Source: Thermoanaerobaculia bacterium (GTDB lineage Bacteria > Acidobacteriota > Thermoanaerobaculia > Multivoradales > Multivoraceae). From it: DNA of 64,000 nt. The stretch lies in NCBI GenBank assembly GCA_963666565.1, contig OY762911.1, forward strand, positions 3,968,001-4,032,000, written 5' to 3'. How positions within the stretch are numbered: the stretch's first letter is position 1; each line of letters opens with the position of its first letter. A program made the translations under genes and the position numbers. The notes below the pieces were generated by a model. That model was not told the origin of the DNA, did not search any database, and was given only the letters and a program-made list of their open reading frames with translations. Positions 49,711 through 60,000 of this stretch are shown here, one piece after another.

Positions 49711-51492
49711 ATGATCCGGTTCGCCGCCCTGCTATGGACCGTAACCGCGGCCGCGGCGCAGCCCGCGGCGGCCGCAGGCGACATGCCCGGCGACCCGCTG
49801 ACCGGCTCGGGCGAGGTCGCGCGGACGCTGCTTCCGGCAGCCCGGCTCCTGGCCGGCGAGTTCCCGGCCCCGGTCGACAACGCGGCCTTCGCCCTGCCGG
49901 AGAACGCCGCGCCGCCCCGCCACGAGATGCGCGGCACGTTGCAGCTCTTCGGCGGCGGCGGGGCCTCCTGGACCGTCCACCACGACACCTACCTGCGGGC
50001 GGACGAACCGCCGATCGTCTCCGCCCTGCGCCGCATTCCGCGGCTCGACGTCGTCCTGGTCCAGAGCGGCTCCTACCTGATTCCCGCCAACCGCGCGCTC
50101 CGCTACACCGGCGACGCCTACTGGAACGTCATCGTCGGACCGGGCCGGATCTGGAGCGAGAACGGCGACGGCGGCAGGAGCCGGGCCTCGCTGCCGGTCA
50201 CCCTGGTCGAGCGCAACCAGAACTGCGCCTACCACGGCGTCGTGACCTTCCTCTTCGACGGCGCCTCCACCTCGCCCGCCGCCTTCCAGGCCACCCAGGA
50301 GACCTGCAAGTACTTCAAGTTCGACCTCTGGGACGCGGGCCCCACCCGCTTCGCCGCCGGCGAGCCGCCCGAGGCGGCCGCTCTACTCGCCGCCTACGCC
50401 GCCGAGGCGGCCTCCCGGCTGCCGGTCCGGCCGATCGACCGGATTCGGGACGACTACCCGCGCGCCCAGGTCTACCCGCGGGCGTTCGGCGGCGGCTTCG
50501 ACCGCGAGCACCTCACCGCCTTCGGCGTCTCCTTCGGCGGAGTCCACTACCAGGGTCCGGTGCACACGCGCCACGGCGACTATCCCTATCCCGAGCAGAT
50601 CCGGCTGCCCTCGTATTCCACCGCCAAGACCGCGGTCGGCGCCGTCGCGCTGATGCGGCTGGCGCAGCGGGACGGCTTCGAGGTGACCGAACTCGAGCTC
50701 CGGGACTACGTGCCCAGGCCGCCCCGGGGCAGCTTCCGCGGAGTGACGTTCGAGCACGCGCTCGACATGGCGACCGGCCACTACTGGGACACGGGCAACC
50801 AGGACGACGAGAAGAACTCGACGACCGAGCTGAACTTCTTCGTGCCGGAGCACCGGAACCGCAAGCTGCGCGGCGCCCTCGCCTACCCGACGAGGGAGCC
50901 GCCCGGAGAGCGCTGGGTGTACCACACGACGGACGCCTTCCTGCTGTCCGTGGCGATGAGCGGGTACCTCGGGCAGGCGGCCGGGGCCTCGCCGAAGGAA
51001 CCCGCCGACCTGCTGGAGTTCCTGGCCGCCGAGGTCTACCGGCCGCTGGGCGTCTCCGCCGGGGCGCTCCAGTCGCTGCGCACGGACAACCGGGCCGACG
51101 GCTACGTCTTCGGCGGCTACGGCATGTTCTGGACCCCGGACGACATCCTGAAGATCGCCAACCTGCTGAACGTCCAGAGCGGCCGGATCGGCGACCGGCA
51201 GGTGCTCCATCCGGGCATGGTCGCCGCCGCGATGCAGGAAGACGAGGACGACCGCGGCCTGGACGCCGTCCACAACGGCCACCCGAACAAGTACAACAAC
51301 TCGGTCTGGTCGCGGCAGATCGAGGTCACCGACAGCGCCGCCGGCACGAAGCGGATCCGGGTACGGCAGATGCTCGGCTACGGCGGCATCGGCGTCCTCA
51401 TGCTGCCGAACGGCGCCGTCTTCTACTACTTCGGCGACAACGACCAGCACGACTGGCTGCGCTCCGCGCGGGAGGCCTACAAGCTCCGATGA
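49711..51492 (+). CDS. Exported serine hydrolase (beta-lactamase/PBP-like) with an N-terminal extra domain
   Basis: Signal peptide, SxxK (YSTAKT), LDMATG, PGERWVYHT, GYGG. Confidence 0.8.
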   Translation: MIRFAALLWTVTAAAAQPAAAAGDMPGDPLTGSGEVARTLLPAARLLAGEFPAPVDNAAFALPENAAPPRHEMRGTLQLFGGGGASWTVHHDTYLRADEPPIVSALRRIPRLDVVLVQSGSYLIPANRALRYTGDAYWNVIVGPGRIWSENGDGGRSRASLPVTLVERNQNCAYHGVVTFLFDGASTSPAAFQATQETCKYFKFDLWDAGPTRFAAGEPPEAAALLAAYAAEAASRLPVRPIDRIRDDYPRAQVYPRAFGGGFDREHLTAFGVSFGGVHYQGPVHTRHGDYPYPEQIRLPSYSTAKTAVGAVALMRLAQRDGFEVTELELRDYVPRPPRGSFRGVTFEHALDMATGHYWDTGNQDDEKNSTTELNFFVPEHRNRKLRGALAYPTREPPGERWVYHTTDAFLLSVAMSGYLGQAAGASPKEPADLLEFLAAEVYRPLGVSAGALQSLRTDNRADGYVFGGYGMFWTPDDILKIANLLNVQSGRIGDRQVLHPGMVAAAMQEDEDDRGLDAVHNGHPNKYNNSVWSRQIEVTDSAAGTKRIRVRQMLGYGGIGVLMLPNGAVFYYFGDNDQHDWLRSAREAYKLR

Positions 51493-54011
51493 CTCCACCG
51501 AACGCCCCGGAATCGGCGCCGGCGCCCTTCGCCGGCCTCAGGATCGTCGAACTGGCGGAGGGCGTCGCCGGCCCGTACTGCGGCAAGCTGCTCGCCGACC
51601 TGGGCGCCGACGTCGTCAAGGTCGAGCCGCCCGCGGGCGACGCCGCGCGCCGGGCGAACGGCGCCGACCCGACGACACCCGATCCGGCGAAGACTCCCGA
51701 CCCGGAAGGCTCGCCGCTCTTTCTCTACTGCAACACGAGCAAGCGCGGCATCGTCCTCGACCTGGACGACGCGGACGATCGCGCCGCCTTCGACGGCCTG
51801 CTCCGCACCGCCGACGCCCTGATCGTCGACCGCGAGCCGCCGGCGGGAACGCCGCCCGGCCCGGTCGTCGCGGCGGTCACGCCCTACGGCCTCTCGGGGC
51901 CGCGCGCCGGTGCGCCCGCCGGTGAACTCACGCTGACCCACGGCGGCGGACTGGTCAACCAGATGCCGGCCCGGTCCCGCGACATCGACCGCGCGCCGGT
52001 CGCCCTGGGCGGACACCAGGCCGGCTACCACGCCGGCCTCGTGACGGCGCTGGCGGTCGCCGCGGCGCTCCACGACCGCCGCGAAGGCGAGGCCGCCGAG
52101 CGAATCGACGTCTCGATCCAGGACGTCATGGTCGGCATGGTGGCGCCCCTCCTGGCCAGCGCCCGCTACCACGAGACGACCTGGTCGCGGGTGCCGGACC
52201 GCCCGCCCGCCATGGGCCGGCTCCGGACGAGCGACGGCTACGTCATCCTGAACGCCTTCGACGACCACCACTTCGAGCTCTTCCGCGAACTGATGGGCAA
52301 TCCGGACTGGTGCGAAGGCGACGAGTGGAAGGACATGGCCTACCGCAGCCATCACCTGATGGACATCGCCCCGCGGGTCGACGCCTGGGCGCTCGAACAG
52401 AAGCGCGACGACCTTTACCACCGCGCCGCCAGGCTGGGCATCCCGGTCGGTCCGATCCACGACGCCGCCGACGTGATGGCCTACGCGCAGTACGCGGCCC
52501 GCGACTACTTCGTCGAGGTCGATCATCCGCGCACCGGGCCGAAGCGCTACGCCGGCTGGCCGTACCGGATGGGCGCCTCACAGCCGCGCGTCTCGCGCCC
52601 GGCGCCGCTCCTCGGCGAGCACTCGGCGGAGATCCGGAGGGAACTGAACGGCGACGCCCTCGTCGGCGCCGGAACGCCGGTCGCCTTGGCCGGCGCCGGG
52701 ACGGCTGCCCCGTCGGACGCCGAAGCGGCCGACGCCGCGCGGACCGCGGTCGCCTCGTCGGGCCCCGACGACGCCGGCGTCCCCGCCGCGCGCAAGCTCC
52801 CGCTCGAAGGCATCCGCGTCGCCGAGTTCGCCTGGGTCTGGGCCGGTCCCTACGCCGGCGTCCTGCTCTCGACCCTGGGCGCCGAGGTCATCAAGGTCGA
52901 GGGGCCGAAGCGCCTCGACCTGACCCGCCGCTCGGTCGTCTGGCCCCGCGCCGAGGAGGCGCCGCGGAAGATCGGCCCGGACGCCGGCATGGCGTTCAAC
53001 ACGATGAACCTGAACAAGCGGTCGCTGGCGCTCGACCTGTCGCAGCGCGAGGGCCGCGAACTCGCCCTCCGCCTCGCCGGCCAGTGCGACGTGATCTACG
53101 ACAACATGCGCCCCGGCGCGATGGTCAAGCTCGGCCTGGACCACGAGACCCTGCGCCGGGCGAACCCGAGGCTCGTCGTCGCCTCGTCGTCGGGCCGCGG
53201 CCACGGCGGCCCCGAGACGGAGTACCTGGGCTACGCGATGGTCCACCAGGGCGTGGCCGGCGGCGCGTACATCTCCGGCTACCCGGACGACCACCCGACC
53301 CACAGCGGCGGCGACGTCGACCTGATGAACGCGGTCACGCTCGCCTTCTCGATCGTCGCGGCGCTCCATCACCGCGGGCGGACCGGCGAAGGCCAGTTCA
53401 TCGACTATTCGCAGTGCGAGGGCGTCAGCTCCATCCTCGGCGAGGTGCTCCTGGAGTACGAGATGACCGGCAAGGTTCCGGAGCGCAACGGCAACGCGCA
53501 CCGAAGTTCGGCGCCGCACGGCGTCTACCGCTGCTGGGGCATCGACCGCTGGCTCGCCATCGAAGTGCACGGCGACGAGGAGTTCGCCCGGCTCGCGGCG
53601 ACGATGAACCGGCCCGAACTGGCCGGAGACCCCCGCTTCGAGACCGCGGCCGCCAGGAAGCGGAACGAAGCCGAACTCGACGCGATCGTCGGCGCCTGGG
53701 CCCGGGAGCGGGACCGCGACTGGCTGGCCCGCGAACTCCTGGGCGCCGGAGTCGCCGCCGCCCCGTCCCGCGACGCCCGCGACCTCTACGCCGACTCCCA
53801 CCTGCGGGCCCGGGGCTCCTTCGCCACCGTCGAGCACCCGGAGTGGGGCGACCTGGAACTCGTCGGTCCGCCGTTCCGCATCGCGGGCCGCGATCTCGGC
53901 CCGCGCCGGGCGCCCCTGCTCGGCGAGCACACCGACGCCGTCCTCGCCGACGTCCTCGGCCTCTCCGCCGACGAGATCGCCGCCTGCCGCGACCGCGGCA
54001 TCGTCGCCTGA
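51489..54011 (+). CDS. Family III CoA-transferase with two fused CaiB/BaiF domains
   Basis: ATGA overlap. AGPYCGKLLADLGADVVKVE/NTSKR and WAGP..LGAEVIKVE/NLNKRS, with PLLGEH twice. Confidence 0.9.
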   Translation: MTPPNAPESAPAPFAGLRIVELAEGVAGPYCGKLLADLGADVVKVEPPAGDAARRANGADPTTPDPAKTPDPEGSPLFLYCNTSKRGIVLDLDDADDRAAFDGLLRTADALIVDREPPAGTPPGPVVAAVTPYGLSGPRAGAPAGELTLTHGGGLVNQMPARSRDIDRAPVALGGHQAGYHAGLVTALAVAAALHDRREGEAAERIDVSIQDVMVGMVAPLLASARYHETTWSRVPDRPPAMGRLRTSDGYVILNAFDDHHFELFRELMGNPDWCEGDEWKDMAYRSHHLMDIAPRVDAWALEQKRDDLYHRAARLGIPVGPIHDAADVMAYAQYAARDYFVEVDHPRTGPKRYAGWPYRMGASQPRVSRPAPLLGEHSAEIRRELNGDALVGAGTPVALAGAGTAAPSDAEAADAARTAVASSGPDDAGVPAARKLPLEGIRVAEFAWVWAGPYAGVLLSTLGAEVIKVEGPKRLDLTRRSVVWPRAEEAPRKIGPDAGMAFNTMNLNKRSLALDLSQREGRELALRLAGQCDVIYDNMRPGAMVKLGLDHETLRRANPRLVVASSSGRGHGGPETEYLGYAMVHQGVAGGAYISGYPDDHPTHSGGDVDLMNAVTLAFSIVAALHHRGRTGEGQFIDYSQCEGVSSILGEVLLEYEMTGKVPERNGNAHRSSAPHGVYRCWGIDRWLAIEVHGDEEFARLAATMNRPELAGDPRFETAAARKRNEAELDAIVGAWARERDRDWLARELLGAGVAAAPSRDARDLYADSHLRARGSFATVEHPEWGDLELVGPPFRIAGRDLGPRRAPLLGEHTDAVLADVLGLSADEIAACRDRGIVA

Positions 54012-54023
54012 CCCGACGGCGCC

Positions 54024-54191
54024 GGGTGCGCGGGTCTGCCATCCGCGCGCCCGCTGACGGGCGCACGGACTGGTTCACGGGTGACGCGGATCGCGTCACC
54101 CGGGTGGCCGACCCGCATCCGGCCTGCTGGGTGCGCGGGTCTTCCGACCCGCATCCGGCCTGCTGGGTGCGCGGGTCTTCTGACCCGCATC
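54024..54191 (+). repeat. Cluster of REP-like copies including a 36-bp tandem amplification
   Basis: Degenerate copy at 54024-54046, 11-bp hairpin at 54078-54102, partial copy at about 54101-54116, full copies at 54129-54152 and 54165-54188. Confidence 0.85.
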
Positions 54192-54290
54192 AAGCGCGAT
54201 GCCGCGCAGCGGCGAGCGCAAGCCGGCGGCGCCGGCTGTACACTCTGCCCTCGCAAACCCACAGTCCGACTCAGCAAAGAGAGGTCCGTC

Positions 54291-55268
54291 GTGATTCGAC
54301 TCGCCAAGACTCCGCACCGCGCCGCGATCGTCGCGGCGCTCGCCGCAGCCGCCTTGCTCGTCGCCACGCCCGTGCCGGCCCAGCAGGACGGCGACTCCGT
54401 GACCGTCGACATCATGAGCCGCTATCGCGTCGCTCCGAACATCACCTACCTGACGGCCGACGGCTACGAGTCGAAGCTCGACGTGATGACCCCACGCGGC
54501 CAGGGGCCGGTCCCGACCCTGATCTACATCCACGGCGGCGGCTGGGTCGGCGGCACGAAGGAATCCAGCGTGCTGCGCGCCCTCCCCTACCTGGAAATGG
54601 GCTGGGCGGTGGTCAACGTGGAGTATCGGCTTGGCCGCAACGCCCTGGCGCCCGGCGCCGTCGAGGACTGCCGCTGCGCGCTCCGCTGGGTCTACGAGAA
54701 CGCCGAGGACTACAACATCGACACCTCCCGCCTGGTCGTCACCGGCGCCTCGGCCGGCGGTCACCTGTCGCTGACGACGGGCATGCTGCCGGCCTCCGCC
54801 GGCCTCGACCGGCTCTGCCCCGGCCGCGACGCGGACCGTCCGGGCTGGGCCGCCGCCGACGAGTACGAGATGCCCGTCGCCGCGATCGTCAACTGGTTCG
54901 GGATCACCGACGTCGGCGACCTGCTCGAGGGCGTCAACGCGAAGAGCTACGCGGTCGCCTGGATGGGCTCCCGCAGCGACCGCATGGAACTCGCGAAGCG
55001 CGTGTCGCCGCTCACCTACGTGCGGTCCGGACTGCCGCCGATCCTGACAATCCACGGCGACGTCGACAACATCGTGCCCTACCAGCACGCCCTCGACCTG
55101 CACGCCAAGCTGGACGAGGCGGGTGTCGCGAACAAGATCCACACCGTGCCCGGCAAGGGCCACGGCAACTTCACACCCGACGAGCAGCAGGAGATCTTCC
55201 GGGTCATCCGGGCCTTCCTCGCCGAGCACGTGACCGCCGCGGAAGCCGCCAGCACCGGCGCCGAGTGA
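54291..55268 (+). CDS. Exported alpha/beta hydrolase (HGGG-type esterase/lipase)
   Basis: GAGG RBS and GTG start, signal peptide, IHGGGW, GASAGGH, HGDVD, H in GKGHG. Confidence 0.9.
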   Translation: MIRLAKTPHRAAIVAALAAAALLVATPVPAQQDGDSVTVDIMSRYRVAPNITYLTADGYESKLDVMTPRGQGPVPTLIYIHGGGWVGGTKESSVLRALPYLEMGWAVVNVEYRLGRNALAPGAVEDCRCALRWVYENAEDYNIDTSRLVVTGASAGGHLSLTTGMLPASAGLDRLCPGRDADRPGWAAADEYEMPVAAIVNWFGITDVGDLLEGVNAKSYAVAWMGSRSDRMELAKRVSPLTYVRSGLPPILTIHGDVDNIVPYQHALDLHAKLDEAGVANKIHTVPGKGHGNFTPDEQQEIFRVIRAFLAEHVTAAEAASTGAE

Positions 55269-55305
55269 CGAGGACACTCTCAGGGACGCGAGCGCTCTCG
55301 CCTCG

Positions 55306-56901
55306 ATGACGGCAAGGCCTGGCAGCGATGCCGCCGGCGATGCTCCGGGTGCGCGGGTCTGCCGACCCGCATCCGGAGCGCCCGACCTGTGCTCCCGTAC
55401 CGCCGTCGACCTCGCCGCGCTTCTGGCCCGCGGCGAGGTCTCCGCCGTCAATGTCCTGGAAGCGCACCTCGACTGGATCGACCGCCGCAATTCGGAACTC
55501 AACGCGATCTGCACGCTCGACCGCGACGGCGCGTTCAAGCAGGCGCGCGCCGCCGACGACCTGCGACGCCGTGACCCGGAAGCCGCGGCCGCCAAGCCCC
55601 TGCTCGGCCTGCCGACCGCCGTCAAGGACCTGGTGCCGACCAGGGGCATCCGCACCACCTTCGGTTCGCCGATCTTCGCGGACAACGTCCCCGACTTCGA
55701 CGCCCTGCTCGTCGAGCGCATCCGCGCCGCCGGAGCGGTCGTCGTCGGCAAGACGAACGCGCCCGAGTTCGGCGCAGGCTCGCAGACCTTCAACCCGGTG
55801 TTCGGCAAGACCCGCAATCCGTGGGACCCGAGCCGGACCTGCGGCGGTTCGAGCGGCGGCGCCGCGGCGGCGCTCGCCAGCGGCATGCTGCCCATCGCCG
55901 ACGGCAGCGACCTCGGCGGCTCGCTCCGCAACCCGGCGAGCTTCTGCGGCGTCGTCGGCTTCCGGCCCACGCCGGGCCGCGTGCCCCGCGTACCTCCCGA
56001 GCAAGGCTGGGACGACCTCGCCGTGCTCGGACCGATGGGCCGCAACGTCGCCGACGCGGCGCTCCTGTTCTCGGTCATCGCCGGGCCGGATCCAAGAGAT
56101 CCGATCTCCATCGCCTTCGCCGACCGGGCGCAAGGCCTGCCAAGGGCCGGCTCTCCTTCGACTGCCAGGTCCTCGTCCAGCGCCTGGGCCCGAACCGCCG
56201 GCCCGCAGCCTGGCGCCCCGCCGCGGCCGTTCCACCCGCTCGAGCCCGCCGATCTCCGCGGCCTCCGCCTCGCCTGGACGCCGAACCTCGGCCGCTACCC
56301 CGTCGAACGTGAAGTCGTCGAGGTCTGCGAAGCCGCGCTGCCGGCGTTCCGCGACCTGGGCGCCGAAGGCGAGGAAGCCGCGCCCGACCTCTCCGGCGCC
56401 GACGTGATCTTCCGCACCCTGCGCGCCAACCTGTTCGCCGACAAGCTGGGGCCGCTGTTCCCCGAGCACCGCGACCGGATGAAGGACACCGTGATCGAGG
56501 AGATCGAACGGGGCCTTGCGCTCACGGGGCCCGACATCGCGTCCGCCCAGGCCGAACGCACCCGCCTCCACTGCCGCGTCGTCGACTTCTTCGAGCGCTA
56601 CGACGCCCTGCTGCTGCCAACCGTTCAGGTCCTGCCGTTCGATGTGGACCAGCCCTATCCCACCGAGATCGAAGGGCGGCCGATGAAGAACTACACCGAC
56701 TGGATGGCCTCCTGCTACACGATCACCGTCACCGGCTGCCCCGCCATCTCCGTGCCGTGCGGGATCGGCCCGTCGGGCCTGCCGGTGGGCCTTCAGATCG
56801 TCACGCCGCGAGCGAGCGACCGTCTGACCCTGGCGATCGCCGCAGCGTTCGAGTCCGCCATCCGCTGGGTGCGCGGGTCTTCCGACCCGCTGCCGGCGTA
56901 G
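55306..56901 (+). CDS. Amidase signature family protein
   Basis: AVKD, GKTN.PEFG, GGSSGG, GSDLGGSLRNPA, GLPVGLQ. Confidence 0.92.
   Translation: MTARPGSDAAGDAPGARVCRPASGAPDLCSRTAVDLAALLARGEVSAVNVLEAHLDWIDRRNSELNAICTLDRDGAFKQARAADDLRRRDPEAAAAKPLLGLPTAVKDLVPTRGIRTTFGSPIFADNVPDFDALLVERIRAAGAVVVGKTNAPEFGAGSQTFNPVFGKTRNPWDPSRTCGGSSGGAAAALASGMLPIADGSDLGGSLRNPASFCGVVGFRPTPGRVPRVPPEQGWDDLAVLGPMGRNVADAALLFSVIAGPDPRDPISIAFADRAQGLPRAGSPSTARSSSSAWARTAGPQPGAPPRPFHPLEPADLRGLRLAWTPNLGRYPVEREVVEVCEAALPAFRDLGAEGEEAAPDLSGADVIFRTLRANLFADKLGPLFPEHRDRMKDTVIEEIERGLALTGPDIASAQAERTRLHCRVVDFFERYDALLLPTVQVLPFDVDQPYPTEIEGRPMKNYTDWMASCYTITVTGCPAISVPCGIGPSGLPVGLQIVTPRASDRLTLAIAAAFESAIRWVRGSSDPLPA
55347..55370 (+). repeat. 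REP-like copy in the amidase 5' region
   Basis: GGGTGC-GCGGGTC-TGCC-GACCCGC flanked by GCTCC/GGAGC. Confidence 0.85.
56867..56890 (+). repeat. REP-like copy encoding the amidase C-terminus
   Basis: GGGTGC-GCGGGTC-TTCC-GACCCGC, read in frame as WVRGSSDP. Confidence 0.88.
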
Positions 56902-57003
56902 CCGGCCAGAAAGTCGCGCCCGCCGCAAGGCCGGCATCGCTCCGATTCCCCGCAGCGAACACCACCGAGCCGCACCGCTCCACCGACGGGCTACACTCCC
57001 GGA

Positions 57004-60000
57004 ATGAGGCTCCGCAACGAAACGTTGCGGGCGGCAACGTCCCAGTCACTGGCGAGTCTCGGACTCGTCGGAATCGCCGCGCTCGCGGGCGGTCCCGTCG
57101 CCGCCCAGCGCGCCGACTCGCTCAACACCGTCAACGGCGTCGTGGTAGACGAGCGCGGCGCCCCCACCGCCGACGTGGAGGTCGTCCTGCGGCCCTACCC
57201 GAGCGAGTACCAAGTCGATCTCTTTCTCCTGGGCTACGAAGACACCCTGCCCCCGGCCGTGGACAGCACCCCCACCGGGCCGGACGGCGGCTACTCGCTC
57301 TCGGCAGCCGAGGCCGGGCCCTACTTGCTGGAGTTCCGGCCGCCAGCGGTCGAAGGCCGGCAGCGCTCAACCTCGCCGCTCATCTACGGGAATCTGGTAC
57401 CGCTCAAGGGATCCCGGACCGCCCAAACGGTGGAGATGCCAAACCGCCACCCGGTCGCCGTTCGGATCCTGGATGCCGCGGGCGATCCGATCGAAGGCGC
57501 CCTGGTCGTTGCGGACCCCTCCGTCTGGATCGCGCCACGCTACCTGGGCGCCCTGACCCGGCTCTTCCGCGATGTGCAGACGGGGACCTTCTCGCCCCCG
57601 CCTGAGGAACTGATCCTGCCGACGTTTCACCGCTCAGTCTCCCGGACCGACTCGGAGGGAATCGCGCGCTTCCGGATGCCGACGGCGGAAGCGAGTCTGG
57701 TTGTCTCGGCGCCGGGCTTCGTCCGGGCCGAGGGAAAGTCCGCGTCGGGCCGTGCCGCGTTCCGCCTGGAGCGCGCCCCGGGAGTCCGTCTGCGCGTCCG
57801 CGGTCCGGACGGGGCGCTCGCGCCGGGAGTTCTGATCCGTACGCCGGACACCACCGAGGCCGCCCGCAACCTGACTGGCGCCAACCTCCTCGGCGACCTC
57901 GGCACTCCCGGGGCCCTGGGCGCTCCTGGCGCACCGCTGGCGGTCACCGGTGCAGAAGGCGAAGCCGTGGTCGCTCCGAACTCCACATCCGAAACGAGTT
58001 GGGAACTCGAAGGGCCCGACCGTGCTTTCGCGCGAGTTTCGCTGCCGACGCCGAGTCCCGAGGAAGGGTCAACTCGGGAACGGGTCGTCGAAGTGCGACT
58101 CGAAGCGCCCAGCCGAATTCCCGGCCGCGTCGTCGACGTCGCGTCGGGCCTGGCGGTCGAAGGCGCGGCAATCTGGGTGCAGAGGCTCCCCGGTCACCGC
58201 GCGACCAGCGGCCCGAGCGGCGCCTTCGATCTCGAGACCGGGCCCGCGACGACGGGCACGCGCCTTCTCGCGACGGCCGGCGGCTACCTCCCCGAGCAGA
58301 CGGACATTGCGGCCTCCACCGACCCGAATCCGGCGGAAACCAGGATCGGGCTCACGCCGGAGGCGCCCATCCGCGGCGTGGTGACGGACTCGTCGGGTCG
58401 AGGCGTCGGCGGCGCGAAGATTCGCGCCCAGCCGCGCGGCGCCGGAGTTCCGCCCGTCGGGTCGCTCACCGCCCGGCCCGCAACGTCGGCGCCGGACGGC
58501 GCCTTTCAGTTGGATGAGGTCGTCTACGGCCATGTCTACAGGTTGACCGCCCAGGCGGCCGGCTACGCCAACACGTCTCTCGACCTGCCGCCCCTCGAAC
58601 CCGGCGTGACGATCGACCCGATCCACATGGTGCTGTCGGCGGGCCGCCAGGTCCTCGGCGCCGCGGTCGACTCCAACGGGAATCCCGTGGCAGACGTCGA
58701 TGTAGCCCTTCTATGGCCCCTGGATCCATCGGACTTCAGATCTCCCTTCGACGCTCCCGCCGTGGCCACCACAACGAATGAGCGAGGCGCGTTCGCCTTC
58801 CCCGCCGTGGCGCCGGGCGACTACGAACTGCGCCTGCGCCACCCCGGGTACTCGGATCGTCCGCCGGCGCCGATCGATGTACCGAGCGGCGAATCGGACC
58901 TGGACCTCGGCGACCTCACCCTGGTCGCCGGGGGAACGATCCGCGGCATCGTGACCGACCCTGACGGCGAGCCGGTACCCGGCGCCTCGTTGCAGGCCCG
59001 CGGGCGGAACCGGATCGGCGGCACCGTCCGGACGGCCACGACAGATGCAGACGGGCGATTCCAGATGACCGGCCTCTCCACCGACCTCGCGGACCTCGGC
59101 ATCCGGGCATCCGGATATCCGCTGCTTGTCCGGCCCGGCATCCGCGTCGATAGCGGAGACTCCGTCCTGATCGAACTCGTGCCTGGATCTGCGGTATCGG
59201 GCCGCGTCGTCGACGCCGGCGGCAACGACGCCGTTGGCGTCCCCGTGAGGCTCCGGATCGAACGCGACCGCCGTTCCGGCGGCAGCCCGCTCCTGATGGG
59301 GCCGCGGGACATGTTCCCGCGGCGGGTGACGGACTCCCAAGGCCGTTTTCGCTTTGACGAACTCATCCCCGGCACCTGGTCGGCCGAGGCGCGGAAGGGC
59401 GAGGAGACCGCCAAAGCCGGTCCGATCGAACTGGCGGCCGCCGGCGAGCGGGAAATCGAACTCGTCCTGGGCACGCCGAACCGGCTGACGGTCGTCGTCG
59501 CGACCGCAACGGGCGATCCGGTAGCGGGCGCGCGGATCACGCTGGAGTCGCCGGGCGAGCGGCTGCCAACCGGCTACGGACAAACGGACGGCAGCGGCGA
59601 AGCGCGAATCGACATCTCGCCCGGCTCCGCGACCGTCAAGGTGGAACACGAGCGACTCCGGGACGAATCGCGGCAGGTGGAACTCGCGACAGGCGCCAAC
59701 GAACTCCGGATCGAACTCCATCCGGCCGCGGAACTCGCGGGCACGGTCCGTTCCCACGACGGCGTTCCCCTGGCGCTGGCGACCGTCGAGGCCGTAACCG
59801 AGTACTCCCCGAACACGGAGCGCCATCAGCGGAACACGGCTTCGGACCGGAACGGCGCGTTCCGCGTCACGGACGTCGAGCCCGGCAGCTACATCGTCAC
59901 CGCGCGATCGTCCGGCTACGCCGACGGCGGTCCGGAGACGCCCATCAGGGTCGACCGCGAGTCCATCGAGGGCATCGAGATCGTGCTCCAGCCGGAGGCG

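Noticed and set aside
52773-52790. GCCGGCG-TCCC-CGCCGCG as another variant repeat
   Set aside because: It lacks the GGGTGC leader, has an imperfect stem and can be explained by Ala-Gly-Val-Pro-Ala codons in a linker.
54101-54191. 36-bp periodic repeat as a possible CRISPR array
   Set aside because: The units are contiguous with no unique spacers, there are fewer than three of them, no cas genes are present, and the unit belongs to the dispersed REP-like family.
56120-56235. Ser/Ala/Pro-rich insertion in the amidase as an intein or mobile insert
   Set aside because: It is too short and has no splice-junction residues or terminal repeats; treated as a variable loop.
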